DNA of 34,734 nt, taken from positions 1 to 34,734 of IMG/VR virus record IMGVR_UViG_3300032237_001402; one strand, 5' to 3'. Below, in pieces: positions 18,519-27,045 of the stretch (the stretch's first letter is position 1; each line of letters opens with the position of its first letter). Origin of the DNA: a virus (Duplodnaviria; Caudoviricetes). Position numbers and translations under genes: made by a program. The notes beneath the pieces are model-generated. The model was not told where the DNA came from and ran no database searches. It was given only the letters and a program-made list of their open reading frames with translations.

Positions 18519-19618
18519 GTTCAAAACTAGAAGATATCAAATCCTTTATTCTCGACAAGTATCCAACTTTTCAGAAGGGCTTTGCCAATGTAAGCATACC
18601 CAATGGGAAGAATATCGTCATTGATGAATACGAACAGGAGTATGCCGGAATAAGCGATACAAACGGAAATCATTTTTACATACGGTCTACTAAGAACTCA
18701 AACTACACAGGCGTTAAACGTGGAGCACGAATCGCTTTCTACAAAAAAATAACTCCTTGCAGAATTGTAGCCGTGCATGAGGATGCGAACGAAGATGATG
18801 TTTTAAAAATACTCGTCAATGCTATCTCCAGGCTTGGCCATACGGTGTTGAAATCCGATATCGATAAAACTCGTGTTTTTAAAGAAGAAACAGGTACCGA
18901 TATTACAGATAAACAGTTTACAATTGTGGCTGTTGATTTCGACACGATTGAAGTAACGAACGGTATTAATTGCACAATAGATCCGTGTGATTGTCCTCCA
19001 TCAGGATCAACCGGCTGCGTTCCACTGCATGAAGTTGGCTTGTTGGATATGATAAACGGTGCGAGCTTATCCGGTATTGGAACCACTACTATAACGCTAG
19101 TAGTTCGCGGAACAACTTTCATCAATAACATACCGGGATCCAATGCAGAGAGACTCTATTATGTAGATTTTGGAGATGGGGATGCCTCGACCTACGACAT
19201 TACCGTTCCCATTAATCACCAATTGCACGACATGTCAGATGGCGTGTATAAAGGCATCATCACGTCAAACTATGGCGCCAAATTAGAATTCGAGTATCAG
19301 ATTGTACATAGCACAATCGCTTCGTTCTGTAGTATCGATAATTTGAGTATTGATTATGGCGATCTTGATTGCAAAGACACATTCCATTACCCAATGGCTG
19401 TATCGCATGATATAACTGGTCGCAATGAAGATTTCACGTACATGTCTTTTGCGAATACGGATGGGGATGTGTTGTTTGATCGTAATTACTCCGGCGCGTC
19501 CAATGCTTCCGAATCCTATACCGTGCATATTGTCGAAGCCAGTAACCACTTCAACATTTCCATCAATGCCGGAGGCACTATCGAAAACATAATTGTTCTA
19601 AACCTAAAACCTCTTTAA
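18515..19618 (+). CDS. Structural protein, two parts joined by a Cys/Pro linker; C-terminal Ig/PKD-like region
   Basis: CTIDPCDCPPSGSTGC linker; YYVDFGDG resembles the PKD WDFGDG motif. Confidence 0.55.
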   Translation: MSSKLEDIKSFILDKYPTFQKGFANVSIPNGKNIVIDEYEQEYAGISDTNGNHFYIRSTKNSNYTGVKRGARIAFYKKITPCRIVAVHEDANEDDVLKILVNAISRLGHTVLKSDIDKTRVFKEETGTDITDKQFTIVAVDFDTIEVTNGINCTIDPCDCPPSGSTGCVPLHEVGLLDMINGASLSGIGTTTITLVVRGTTFINNIPGSNAERLYYVDFGDGDASTYDITVPINHQLHDMSDGVYKGIITSNYGAKLEFEYQIVHSTIASFCSIDNLSIDYGDLDCKDTFHYPMAVSHDITGRNEDFTYMSFANTDGDVLFDRNYSGASNASESYTVHIVEASNHFNISINAGGTIENIIVLNLKPL

Positions 19619-19619
19619 G

Positions 19620-19892
19620 ATGTGCTGCGATTCTCCAATAACACTACCCTGTATAACCAAGTGCGATAGCCTGGTGATACCCATGGCAATTACTGATCAA
19701 CATACAATCAAAACATCCTTCAATGGCGCGATGTTCAATATTGCCTTTTTACTCAATGCATCCGATTACGCAGTCTGCAACATGGAGAATATGAATGAGG
19801 ACTACACATACATCATTGGTGTGTATGACTCAACAGGATCGACTGTTGGATGCTATAAAATAGAAATTAAACCCAACGCGCTGTGTTGCTAA
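19620..19892 (+). CDS. Small Cys-rich protein (90 aa)
   Basis: 8 Cys, with CC at both termini. Confidence 0.7.
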   Translation: MCCDSPITLPCITKCDSLVIPMAITDQHTIKTSFNGAMFNIAFLLNASDYAVCNMENMNEDYTYIIGVYDSTGSTVGCYKIEIKPNALCC

Positions 19893-19903
19893 AAACTTAA
19901 AAT

Positions 19904-20287
19904 ATGCTCGAATTCATCCTTCTCTACATCATTTTATGCATTGCCTCGGTTGGCACCGGACGGCTGTACCTCTACCTGATACGTCCGGGCAATCTCTTTG
20001 ATTTCATACAGCCATTACTAGCAGATTTGAAAAGAGAAAACACTTTTTTGTTTAAGTCGCTCGGAGGTTGCGACGTATGCTCGCGTCAACGATTCACAGA
20101 GCTCAGTTACATTTTACTTCTTGCTGTTGCCCCAAGCATCTTCAATAATTACAATGTTTTCATCGGGATAGGCTTTCACATAGTTCTATTCTGTTTCTAT
20201 GGAGGACTTGCATTCTACTTCGATTCATTAATACATAATCAAGCCGGATCCGGACCGGAAATCAAATCTCAATCGCTCGAATTATGA
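19904..20287 (+). CDS. Membrane protein with CxxC motif (possibly DUF1360-like)
   Basis: Three hydrophobic segments; LGGCDVC just before the second. Confidence 0.6.
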   Translation: MLEFILLYIILCIASVGTGRLYLYLIRPGNLFDFIQPLLADLKRENTFLFKSLGGCDVCSRQRFTELSYILLLAVAPSIFNNYNVFIGIGFHIVLFCFYGGLAFYFDSLIHNQAGSGPEIKSQSLEL

Positions 20288-20634
20288 TACTGAACGCGTC
20301 TGAATTATTGAAACTCACAAGCAGCTCAACTGCAGGTCTTGACGTGTCAATAGGCTACGACTTATTCAGCGACAATATTTTTTCATTGACTCAGAATACA
20401 AAAATCTCAACGGCAACAACGACTCCGATACTAACTGCACCCGGAACTGATCAGATGAGTCGAGTTGATGAGATCTTCATTACCAATACCGATGCATCTG
20501 TTTCTAATACTGTAATCGTAATCAAGTATGACGGCTCTTCTAATTACGAAACAAGCATAACCATGACCCTGGCTGCAGGCGAAACACTTTATTACTCATT
20601 CAAAAACGGCTGGTCGAAACAAATCTTATCATGA
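20284..20634 (+). CDS. Beta-rich structural protein (116 aa), paralog of the next gene
   Basis: Shares NTDASVSNTV with 20631..21308. Confidence 0.7.
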   Translation: MILNASELLKLTSSSTAGLDVSIGYDLFSDNIFSLTQNTKISTATTTPILTAPGTDQMSRVDEIFITNTDASVSNTVIVIKYDGSSNYETSITMTLAAGETLYYSFKNGWSKQILS

Positions 20635-21308
20635 TATTAATTGAATCGCTATACATCACAACAAGCAGCGCCACAGGTGTTGATGTAGTCGTTCATTATA
20701 ATTCATCAACAGCCGGCATTGGTAGTTACAACAGATCGCAACAAACGCGAATTACTTCCGTTGGTGACACATCAATACTTTCTACTCCGGTGGCACCGAC
20801 TTCAAATCGGGTGAAAGTCATTTCGATAAAAAACACAGATGCGTCTGTTTCAAACACAGTTGTTGTATATAAAAATGATGGTACCAACTCTTACAAAATC
20901 ATCAAATCAATTGCCATACCTGCAGGTTACGAGCTACAGTATAATGAAGGTAAAGGATTTGTAATGGTTGATACTACAGGAAAAATTGTAGGTACATCAT
21001 CTTCAGTCGCTGACATCACCCGTATGAATATCAGCAACGTAGTACAGGTGAATAACGAAGATATAGTTGCCGTAGCCGGTACAGCGTATTACTATCCTGC
21101 AGGTGGGTTAACCTCTGATCATTCAATCAACCTATCCAACCTCAATATCGAAGGTGATTATATAGAGATAGCCGCTGCCGAATCGCGATTCACAATAAAA
21201 TTGGTTGGGGCTATAGAAGATTATTACAACGAGACGTATGCTGCGGTGAACTGGAACCAAAAAACAGCCATCCGACTTGTAAAAGGAACATTAAGAATAT
21301 TTAATTGA
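20631..21308 (+). CDS. Beta-rich structural protein (225 aa), possible fibre component
   Basis: ATGA-coupled; N-terminal half paralogous to the preceding gene. Confidence 0.65.
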   Translation: MILIESLYITTSSATGVDVVVHYNSSTAGIGSYNRSQQTRITSVGDTSILSTPVAPTSNRVKVISIKNTDASVSNTVVVYKNDGTNSYKIIKSIAIPAGYELQYNEGKGFVMVDTTGKIVGTSSSVADITRMNISNVVQVNNEDIVAVAGTAYYYPAGGLTSDHSINLSNLNIEGDYIEIAAAESRFTIKLVGAIEDYYNETYAAVNWNQKTAIRLVKGTLRIFN

Positions 21309-21309
21309 T

Positions 21310-23103
21310 ATGAAACAACTACTTTTTGTGATACTGACACTTATTTCAGTACAAAGCTTTGGACAAAGTTATGGTGGCGAAATACGCGCCAAACGTTATA
21401 CAGGCGATACCATACCGGCTAAACCTATTTACCGCAGCGATTCATCGTTATTTGTGTATAATACAAATCCGCATGTGAAAGTCGATTCCATTGGATCTGT
21501 GGTTGCTGTAGTGGATAGTAACTCACAACGTAAGTACATTCTTATACCTCGCTTAAAGCCAAATACAGATACCGTTATTTCTCAACTCTACGGCATCAAA
21601 GTAGATTCGATTAATACAAATCTAATTCTCACCAACGCAGTGCTTAACGATATCGATGCCTATGTAACCAACTTGGCTACTATCGAAACCCATACACAAC
21701 ACAGCTCGGATATTTTAGATTCGATTAAAGGCTATTACTACTTACCCGGACGCACTACACTTACATCCGATAAGGGTAAAATAATGATGGGCGCGGTAAC
21801 CGCATCTGCACCTGCATACTCTACAGGTCAAACCAACTATTTATCGCTCGATGCAAAAGGCAATATACGAATGGTCCAAGATACATCGCTTGTTGCACGC
21901 AATCTAAATGCTAACATTACGAGGTTCAAATCAAGTACCGATACTGTTACAACCAATACCACACAAGTGATGGATTTGTTTGTAACCGGGCAAGGTTCGC
22001 AAACTACAGTTGGTAATAATGTAATACTAGCCACCGCTGGTGCAGCATCGTATAATACTTTTAATGGCTCTTCAAATTCATATCGGTCATTATCGTTGCA
22101 AATAGTAGTATCGGGTACCGTTAGTGCCGGAGCTATTAATTTTGAAGGGTCAAACGATTCCACAAACTATTCATCAATCTATTTATACGATGCCAATAAT
22201 CCCTTAGTGGCACCGGTTGCAAGTTATAGTCTTGCTACAAATACCACGCGCTATTGGACAGGTACCATTCCCTTTAAATTTATACGGGCTCGTATTGCAA
22301 CAGGTATTACGGGTGGTGCAACATGCCAAGCCTTCACCGTTCTGCGAACTGTACCTTATACACAGCCAACAATTTCAATAGCTGCAGGAACGCAAACCAT
22401 CGGTCAGGTTAATACCAATGTAAACTCAGCTACAGCCCTCGGCGATTTATCTCAAATGACTACCGAGGATGCTGCAAGTGGAAATGGTTATTATGGATTT
22501 AAAATTGTAGATGTACGAGCGGATACCTTAACCCCAAACGGCACATCAAGTGCCAATGGCGATTGGTCGCAACGTTCTGTTACAAAATACGGATCTAGTT
22601 TAACAAAACTAGAATCTACGCATAAACGTAGCTACTCGGCAGCTTTTACGGTAGTACCTGCATCAAGCTGCACCGATTTGGTTGAGATCATTGGCAGCTC
22701 ATCCAAAACCGTATCCATCAATAAAATTATCATCTCAGGTACCCAAACCACAGGAGGCGAACAAACATTTTATTTAAAACGAAGGTCCACCGCATCCACC
22801 GGAGGCTCATCAACCACAGCCACCTTAGTACCACACGAGGCAACAGATGTTGCGGCAACTTCAAGCATAAAAATATTTACAGCCAATCCTACCACAGGCT
22901 CTGCGGTGGGCGATATACGTGTTTTGGGTATACCTATACCGGCAACTACGGCAACAACAAAATACCAAGAGGTGATAGATTTTGGCGAGCGAAGCAAACC
23001 CATCATTCTTTCGGGTACCTCGCAAACCCTTTGCATTAATTTAAACGGTGCCACGCTTACAGGTGGCTCTATCAACATATCAATCGAATTTACTGAAGAA
23101 TAA
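21310..23103 (+). CDS. Fibre/adhesin-like protein with Sec signal peptide (597 aa)
   Basis: MKQLLFVILTLISVQSFG/Q; Thr/Ser/Gly-rich multi-domain beta protein at the usual tail-fibre position. Confidence 0.65.
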   Translation: MKQLLFVILTLISVQSFGQSYGGEIRAKRYTGDTIPAKPIYRSDSSLFVYNTNPHVKVDSIGSVVAVVDSNSQRKYILIPRLKPNTDTVISQLYGIKVDSINTNLILTNAVLNDIDAYVTNLATIETHTQHSSDILDSIKGYYYLPGRTTLTSDKGKIMMGAVTASAPAYSTGQTNYLSLDAKGNIRMVQDTSLVARNLNANITRFKSSTDTVTTNTTQVMDLFVTGQGSQTTVGNNVILATAGAASYNTFNGSSNSYRSLSLQIVVSGTVSAGAINFEGSNDSTNYSSIYLYDANNPLVAPVASYSLATNTTRYWTGTIPFKFIRARIATGITGGATCQAFTVLRTVPYTQPTISIAAGTQTIGQVNTNVNSATALGDLSQMTTEDAASGNGYYGFKIVDVRADTLTPNGTSSANGDWSQRSVTKYGSSLTKLESTHKRSYSAAFTVVPASSCTDLVEIIGSSSKTVSINKIIISGTQTTGGEQTFYLKRRSTASTGGSSTTATLVPHEATDVAATSSIKIFTANPTTGSAVGDIRVLGIPIPATTATTKYQEVIDFGERSKPIILSGTSQTLCINLNGATLTGGSINISIEFTEE

Positions 23104-23114
23104 AACCCACCATT

Positions 23115-23522
23115 ATGAAACTACTTTTTTTAGCACTATTCAGCTTCCTTGCAGCTTTCTCAGATGCAGAATCTAAAATTAAAATTCTCGAAAACTCAAA
23201 GATTGAAAACTCAGACTCTATCGAGGTGCGTTTTCAGTTTAATGTACAAGTGCCTCCGCAGTTTACCTCATTACCAGACAAGGCAAGTACACTTAATTCG
23301 TACCGGGCATTGTTCCCCGGCTTGGAGCGTTTAGATGGCGAGTCTGTCGTATTCATCTTTACCGAGCGGTTTGCACAAACGATTGATGAAGCTACCATCA
23401 AAAACTATTTCATTACCAAATACAATAATTACGCAAACGGACTAAATGCCATTCAACTACCCACTATCGATTGGATTAATGGGCAGGTATGGGATGGTAC
23501 TCAATGGCAATGTGATCATTAA
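23115..23522 (+). CDS. Signal-peptide-bearing hypothetical protein (135 aa)
   Basis: MKLLFLALFSFLAAFSDA; C-terminal WDGTQW. Confidence 0.7.
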   Translation: MKLLFLALFSFLAAFSDAESKIKILENSKIENSDSIEVRFQFNVQVPPQFTSLPDKASTLNSYRALFPGLERLDGESVVFIFTERFAQTIDEATIKNYFITKYNNYANGLNAIQLPTIDWINGQVWDGTQWQCDH

Positions 23523-23534
23523 AACAACAAGATT

Positions 23535-23645
23535 ATGACCGGATATTATCGTGATTATGAGTATTCGCAAAGAATGGGAAATGGGTTCAAATTACCTGAA
23601 TGGCTTAAGCGATTGGTTAACCACATAAAACAATTATTAAAATAA
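23535..23645 (+). CDS. Small protein (36 aa), not in the ORF track
   Basis: MTGYYRDYEYSQRMGNGFKLPEWLKRLVNHIKQLLK fills the gap exactly; amphipathic C-terminal helix. Confidence 0.45.
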   Translation: MTGYYRDYEYSQRMGNGFKLPEWLKRLVNHIKQLLK

Positions 23646-23646
23646 A

Positions 23647-23988
23647 ATGGAGACAGCAATATTTGAAGCATTGATTAAACAGGGCGCGTTAGTAGCCTTA
23701 TTAGCTTTCTGCGGATGGATACTATGGAGACGGTATGATAGGTTTACCGAACGAACATCCTTGGAGTTAACACAGGTAAGAGGTGAAATAAAACGATACA
23801 TGGAAGAGGACAGGGTAAAAATGCAAGATATCATAAGCAATAATACTCGCTCACTTGATAGGCAGACGAATATGATGGATCGCTCATCTCGTATTATGGA
23901 GTGCTTGATAGAAGAAATTAAGGATTTCAAAGAAGGTGATTTGTATAAAGAACATAAGGAACGCAAATCACAAGCTGCCTCTCGTTAA
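23647..23988 (+). CDS. Holin-like protein (single TM plus coiled coil, BhlA/UviB-like architecture)
   Basis: KQGALVALLAFCGWILWRR followed by a charged coiled coil; end of the late region. Confidence 0.55.
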   Translation: METAIFEALIKQGALVALLAFCGWILWRRYDRFTERTSLELTQVRGEIKRYMEEDRVKMQDIISNNTRSLDRQTNMMDRSSRIMECLIEEIKDFKEGDLYKEHKERKSQAASR

Positions 23989-24014
23989 TTCGTCACCATT
24001 AAATTTTAAATAGT

Positions 24015-24266
24015 ATGAAATCGAAATTCTTAAGTCTTAATTTTCAAGACATCTTGCACACCGGAGTAACCGGCGCCATTGCTTTCGTAGGAACTGCAGT
24101 ATGGAAAGCTGCGGAACCTGCAATAACAAGCGGTCATTTCAATGATATCACTTTCCCGAATTTAAAAGCCGCTGCAATGCTCGGAATAGGTGCCTGGGTA
24201 TCCAACCTTGCAAAGCGATATGTCACCAGCTCGGATGATAAAATACTTACGGCCGAGAATGCTTAA
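24015..24266 (+). CDS. Putative holin (2 TM, 83 aa)
   Basis: Two hydrophobic helices and a charged C-terminus; last late gene. Confidence 0.55.
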   Translation: MKSKFLSLNFQDILHTGVTGAIAFVGTAVWKAAEPAITSGHFNDITFPNLKAAAMLGIGAWVSNLAKRYVTSSDDKILTAENA

Positions 24267-24267
24267 A

Positions 24268-24495
24268 TTTTGTTTGCTGCACCTATTTATTGAAACCCAA
24301 TGAATACGGTGTTTGCAGGGCTGTAAGAAGTCCTGTTCTGGGCACGACTTAAAAACACGCAAAACCCCTGTAATTACTGCATTACGGGGGTTTTTGTTTG
24401 TTGCACCTAATCGATGGACGTACAAAAAAAGTACAATGTTTGTACATATCTGTGTAGTTTTGTTGCACCTATTGTTACACCCAATGTTGCACCTA
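24268..24495 (+). other. attP: tRNA 3'-end core plus arm-type repeats
   Basis: Core AAGTCCTGTTCTGGGCAC (24328-24345) reads as T-loop end, T-stem, acceptor strand and discriminator A; TGYTRCACCYA repeats at 24275, 24399, 24461, 24473, 24485. Confidence 0.8.
24361..24395 (+). terminator. Terminator downstream of the att core
   Basis: AAAACCCCTGTAAT-TACTGC-ATTACGGGGGTTTTT. Confidence 0.7.
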
Positions 24496-25620
24496 AGCAA
24501 TTATTCCCTCTCCATCATCTTCACCGAAAAGAAAAACGGATCCGGGATCGTGTATGTCCAAGTCCTGGTTAATAGGAAACGATTACTAAAGACAACAGGC
24601 ATCAATTGCCGCAAAGAGAATTTTATAAAAGGTGCTGCAGATTTCAAATACATTTCTCGTAAGGATCCACAGCACGAGTACAAGAATCAACAAATCCGAA
24701 TGGCGTATAATGATGCCGAAAAAAGTTTGCTGGAGGTGATCAGGTTGTATGGAAACCTAAACATAGACCTTGCTAAAATTGCCATCGATAACAAGTACTC
24801 AAAAATTGATACGCTGGCAGAATATGCCCAGCGCTACATCGATACCAAACCTTTAGCCGAGAATACAAAAAAGCGATACGGGGCGATTTTAAGAACGAAT
24901 ATACTGCCCGAATACAAGAATACCGGCATAGTAGAAATCACGCCCAAATGGTTAGGATTATTTCATCAGAAGCTCATTAAGGATGGATATGAAGGAACGA
25001 GTATTTGGACCATATTCAAGTTCATAAAATCGGCGCTCAATCTTGCTGCAGATAGTATCGAATTTCCTTTCCCGATAGGTAGTAAGAAAGGGCAGTACAA
25101 GATGCCTCCATACAAGAACCCGGAGCGGCATTTTCTGAGCCTGGAGCAAATCGAAAAAATTAAGGAGTACCATAACTCAACAGATACAACCTGGAGAAAT
25201 GCGAGCCGTTGGTTTGTGCTGCAGATTTATCTTGGATGCAGGGCCGGAGATTTACAAAACTATTCAAAACATCAAATCAAAGATGGCCGGTATTATCTCA
25301 CAGACGAAAAGACTGAGAACCCGCATTACATACCTATGTATCCCAAGCTGCAGGAAGCGATAGACAACATAGAACGACCGATAAGCAGCTATGACAAATA
25401 CAACAAAGCTGTGAAGGCAATTGGGCGCGATATGGGGCTACCTTTTGAGCTGACAACCCATGTGGCCAGGCACACATTTGCGGTAAGTAAATTAAATGCC
25501 GGTGTAAGTACAGAAACCACCATGAAAACAATGGGTATTAAGAAGCACAGCACCTTTGCCGTGTATGGTAAAATTACGGATGCTAAGATTGATCGAGAGT
25601 TTGGAGAGAAGATGAATTAA
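24484..25620 (+). CDS. int: Tyrosine integrase (arm-binding, SAM-like and catalytic domains)
   Basis: Start moved to ATG 24484; GIVYVQVLVNRKR arm domain; GCRAGDL, HVARHTF, catalytic Tyr in FAVYGK. Confidence 0.92.
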   Translation: MLHLSNYSLSIIFTEKKNGSGIVYVQVLVNRKRLLKTTGINCRKENFIKGAADFKYISRKDPQHEYKNQQIRMAYNDAEKSLLEVIRLYGNLNIDLAKIAIDNKYSKIDTLAEYAQRYIDTKPLAENTKKRYGAILRTNILPEYKNTGIVEITPKWLGLFHQKLIKDGYEGTSIWTIFKFIKSALNLAADSIEFPFPIGSKKGQYKMPPYKNPERHFLSLEQIEKIKEYHNSTDTTWRNASRWFVLQIYLGCRAGDLQNYSKHQIKDGRYYLTDEKTENPHYIPMYPKLQEAIDNIERPISSYDKYNKAVKAIGRDMGLPFELTTHVARHTFAVSKLNAGVSTETTMKTMGIKKHSTFAVYGKITDAKIDREFGEKMN

Positions 25621-25855
25621 GCATCTTGCGCGATTTGGTAATGCCCATGATGAAATTAGCGTCGTACTTGAACGTTTTACAAAATCTATAAATCTGCTCG
25701 ACGGTAAACGAAGCCACGCCATCTTGTTTGCGAATGAGTGATAAATTTTGCTTTTTCATTCCAAGTTTTTCGGCAATTTCTTTATCATACTGATACACAC
25801 CGGAAAGCTTTATTTCCTCAATAGCAGCAAGTATTCGGGCATCAATTTCAAGCAT
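25583..25855 (-). CDS. XRE-family HTH regulator (90 aa)
   Basis: DKEIAEKLGMKKQNLSLIRK...YDANFIMG; start moved to ATG 25855; overlaps the int 3' end by 38 bp. Confidence 0.8.
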   Translation of the reverse strand: MLEIDARILAAIEEIKLSGVYQYDKEIAEKLGMKKQNLSLIRKQDGVASFTVEQIYRFCKTFKYDANFIMGITKSRKMLNSSSLQTLDQS

Positions 25856-25877
25856 AGTAATTATTTGGCGCGTGCGG

Positions 25878-26126
25878 TTATTTATACCAGCAATCGTAAA
25901 AAGTATATCCCGTTTGCGTTGTTCGTATACCCCACCAATTCTCATAGAATTGAGGTGTTTTATCTGTTGCGGTATATGTGTCCAGGTCTTCTATTTTCGT
26001 GGTATCATTTCCGGGCATAGTTACTTTGTACGCTTGGCATTGCACGGTATGCAATCCGGTACTTGCCGGATTTTGCACGCATGAGAATAGTGAAGTTGTT
26101 GCAATTAGAATTAGTATGTATTTCAT
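25878..26126 (-). CDS. Lipoprotein (82 aa), candidate superinfection exclusion factor
   Basis: MKYILILIATTSLFS-C lipobox; located in the cI operon; function inferred. Confidence 0.75.
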   Translation of the reverse strand: MKYILILIATTSLFSCVQNPASTGLHTVQCQAYKVTMPGNDTTKIEDLDTYTATDKTPQFYENWWGIRTTQTGYTFYDCWYK

Positions 26127-26158
26127 AAAATTTTTTTCTAAATTTATTGCTTTTCGAA

Positions 26159-26368
26159 TTAAGATCTGTTTTCGTTTAGTTGTTTGAGTTGAGAAATCAC
26201 TTCATCGAGTTTAGTATTTTGCGCTTTCTGAGAACTCACTATTGTATCAATTCTGAATACCCATCGAACAATAAGCACATAGATGGCAATGCCAAGTATG
26301 AGTAAAAATAAAATTGGAATTAAACTAGCCATCGCATTGATTTCTAATAAAGGTGAGATGATTTTCAT
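26159..26368 (-). CDS. Small single-TM membrane protein (start may be 26332)
   Basis: LIPILFLLILGIAIYVLIVRWVFRI followed by a short coiled coil. Confidence 0.7.
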   Translation of the reverse strand: MKIISPLLEINAMASLIPILFLLILGIAIYVLIVRWVFRIDTIVSSQKAQNTKLDEVISQLKQLNENRS

Positions 26369-26388
26369 GTTTATAATTTAGGTTTTAG

Positions 26389-27045
26389 TTACTGGGTCTT
26401 CTTGCTCATCCAGCCATCAATAAGCCACACGGATCGGATCATCTTGGTTGGTATCTCAAAGGGTTCGTAAAAAGGGTTAGCTGATTCGAGTAGAAACTTA
26501 TCGGGATCCTGTGATTTGCGGATGTACTTTAGGTATCTTCTATTGTCATCCATACTGATGGCATAAATCTGCCCAAACTCCAAATGATCGCGCCAATTCT
26601 TTAACTTGGAGCAAAACATTATGTTGCCGGCTTTCATGAGCGGCTCCATGCTATCACTATACACATTAAACGCCGCACAGCCTTTAAAGATGGGGATGTC
26701 CATCATGTACGATGGTTGCACATTATCGGTGCCTAGCATCTCAATATTACCGGCTGCAAAATCTACATCATAAAAAGGCACTTGATTGAATTGGTCTAAT
26801 ACTCGCTGCTTTTTCACCTTCCCTTCAGGGGATAGGGTGATATTGGAAGGAATAGTGGGCTGAGATGAGACACTTTGTAATATATCTCGATACTTCGATT
26901 TAAGTAATTCAACTATCTTACCGTTTCCTTTTGTCTTAGCTGTATTTAAATAGGGTCTAGAATAGCCTATTCTACTGGCTATCTGCTCAATGCTTTCATT
27001 TGTTCGGTACTGGATTTCTTTTAATAACTGCTCAAGTTCATTCAT
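26389..27045 (-). CDS. cI: CI-like repressor with S24 autopeptidase domain
   Basis: N-terminal HTH (SIEQIASRIGYSRPYLN), Ala-Gly site FAAG, catalytic Ser in DSMEP and Lys in YLKYI; start moved to ATG 27045. Confidence 0.9.
   Translation of the reverse strand: MNELEQLLKEIQYRTNESIEQIASRIGYSRPYLNTAKTKGNGKIVELLKSKYRDILQSVSSQPTIPSNITLSPEGKVKKQRVLDQFNQVPFYDVDFAAGNIEMLGTDNVQPSYMMDIPIFKGCAAFNVYSDSMEPLMKAGNIMFCSKLKNWRDHLEFGQIYAISMDDNRRYLKYIRKSQDPDKFLLESANPFYEPFEIPTKMIRSVWLIDGWMSKKTQ

Noticed and set aside
20284-23103. Diversity-generating retroelement targeting the fibre genes
   Set aside because: No reverse transcriptase and no TR/VR pair differing only at adenines seen by eye; the paralog differences are ordinary synonymous changes
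24328-24345. att core as a duplicate of the phage's own tRNA-like gene
   Set aside because: The 3' ends differ (CCTGTTCTGGGCA vs CCTGCCTTCCCGA)
24313-24483. N-terminal extension of the integrase in the ORF track
   Set aside because: Runs through the att core, terminator and arm repeats; the arm-binding domain starts after ATG 24484
24275-24495. CRISPR-like array from the TGTTGCACCTA repeats
   Set aside because: Repeats are only 11 bp with 1-bp or irregular spacing; integrase arm sites explain them better
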